From: an uncultured delta proteobacterium
Lineage (GTDB): Bacteria; Desulfobacterota; WTBG01; CAIYCZ01
DNA: 18,247 nucleotides
Reading direction: 5' to 3'
NCBI GenBank assembly: GCA_963803975.1
Contig: CAWDOY010000028.1
Location: 1 to 18,247 of the forward strand
Shown here: one piece after another, positions 17,786 through 18,247 of the stretch
Layout: each line of letters opens with the position of its first letter
Position numbering within the stretch: position 1 is the stretch's first letter
The notes under the pieces: generated by a model
The model's input: only the letters and a program-made list of their open reading frames with translations
Database searches by the model: none
Told to the model about the DNA's origin: nothing
Translations under genes and position numbers: made by a program

Positions 17786-18247
17786 ATGGCACGCAAACAG
17801 CTAACATACTGCGGCTACTGCGGCACTCCCTACGAGCGCAGGAACCTTGAAGGCAGAACGCGCCTTTACTGCCCCGCCTGTCATGAAGTGCGGTATGAAA
17901 ATCCCGTACCAGCGGCAACAGCTCTGGTTCTGAATGAGCAGCGCCAGCTGCTGCTGGGCAGAAGAAAAAATGATCCGCAAAAAGGCCACTGGTGCCTGCC
18001 CGGCGGTTTTATCGAGCTGGGAGAGTCAATGGAGCAGGCGGCGCTGAGGGAGCTGAAAGAGGAGACCGGCCTTGAGGGCACGATCGTATCGTTTGTTGAC
18101 TGCTTTTACCAGGAGAGCTGTTTCTACGGTAGCCTTATTATTTTCGGCTATTTAATTGATTTTACGGCAGGAGAGATGCAGGCTGATGATGACTTGGAAG
18201 AGGTGCGCTTTTTTGCGCTCGATGAGCTGCCGGTCCTGGCATTTGAA
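17786..18247 (+). CDS. NUDIX hydrolase with N-terminal zinc ribbon (ADP-ribose pyrophosphatase-like), truncated by the window end
   Basis: Not in the ORF track because there is no stop in the window. ATG 17786 gives MARKQLTYCGYCG...LYCPACHEVRYENPVP with two CxxC motifs, then a complete Nudix box GGFIELGESMEQAALRELKEETGL. The frame is open to 18247. Confidence 0.92.
   Translation, partial: MARKQLTYCGYCGTPYERRNLEGRTRLYCPACHEVRYENPVPAATALVLNEQRQLLLGRRKNDPQKGHWCLPGGFIELGESMEQAALRELKEETGLEGTIVSFVDCFYQESCFYGSLIIFGYLIDFTAGEMQADDDLEEVRFFALDELPVLAFE

Noticed and set aside
474..18081. Many minus-strand and nested plus-strand ORFs in the track (e.g. 6413-7051, 15579-16163, 5882-6391, 17801-17989)
   Set aside because: They overlap well-supported + strand genes, show no recognisable motifs and are typical shadow ORFs.

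Overview
Bacterial genomic window with all genes on the + strand; the gene content suggests Desulfobacterota (deltaproteobacteria). The left part (1-10846) is a cell-envelope cluster: a GspC-like type II secretion component, a TMTC-like membrane glycosyltransferase with TPRs, a second GT-C-type membrane protein, an alkaline-phosphatase-superfamily protein that lacks the usual metal ligands, a stand-alone Reg_prop-type beta-propeller with a possible lipoprotein signal, a ~158-bp MITE-like inverted-repeat element, and a third GT-C/ArnT-like protein. The right part holds purL (with PurS-like N-terminal regions), a second TMTC-like TPR glycosyltransferase lying between purL and purQ, purQ with its own sigma70-like promoter, and a zinc-ribbon NUDIX hydrolase that runs off the end. 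About 11 frameshifts break the genes, including purL, and each is repaired by removing one base. This most likely reflects insertion-biased sequencing error rather than biology. Repairing them reveals N- and C-terminal segments absent from the ORF track. Intergenic regions carry several short repeat structures. No rRNA, tRNA, CRISPR array or transposase was seen. All family assignments are motif recognition by eye; no searches were run.
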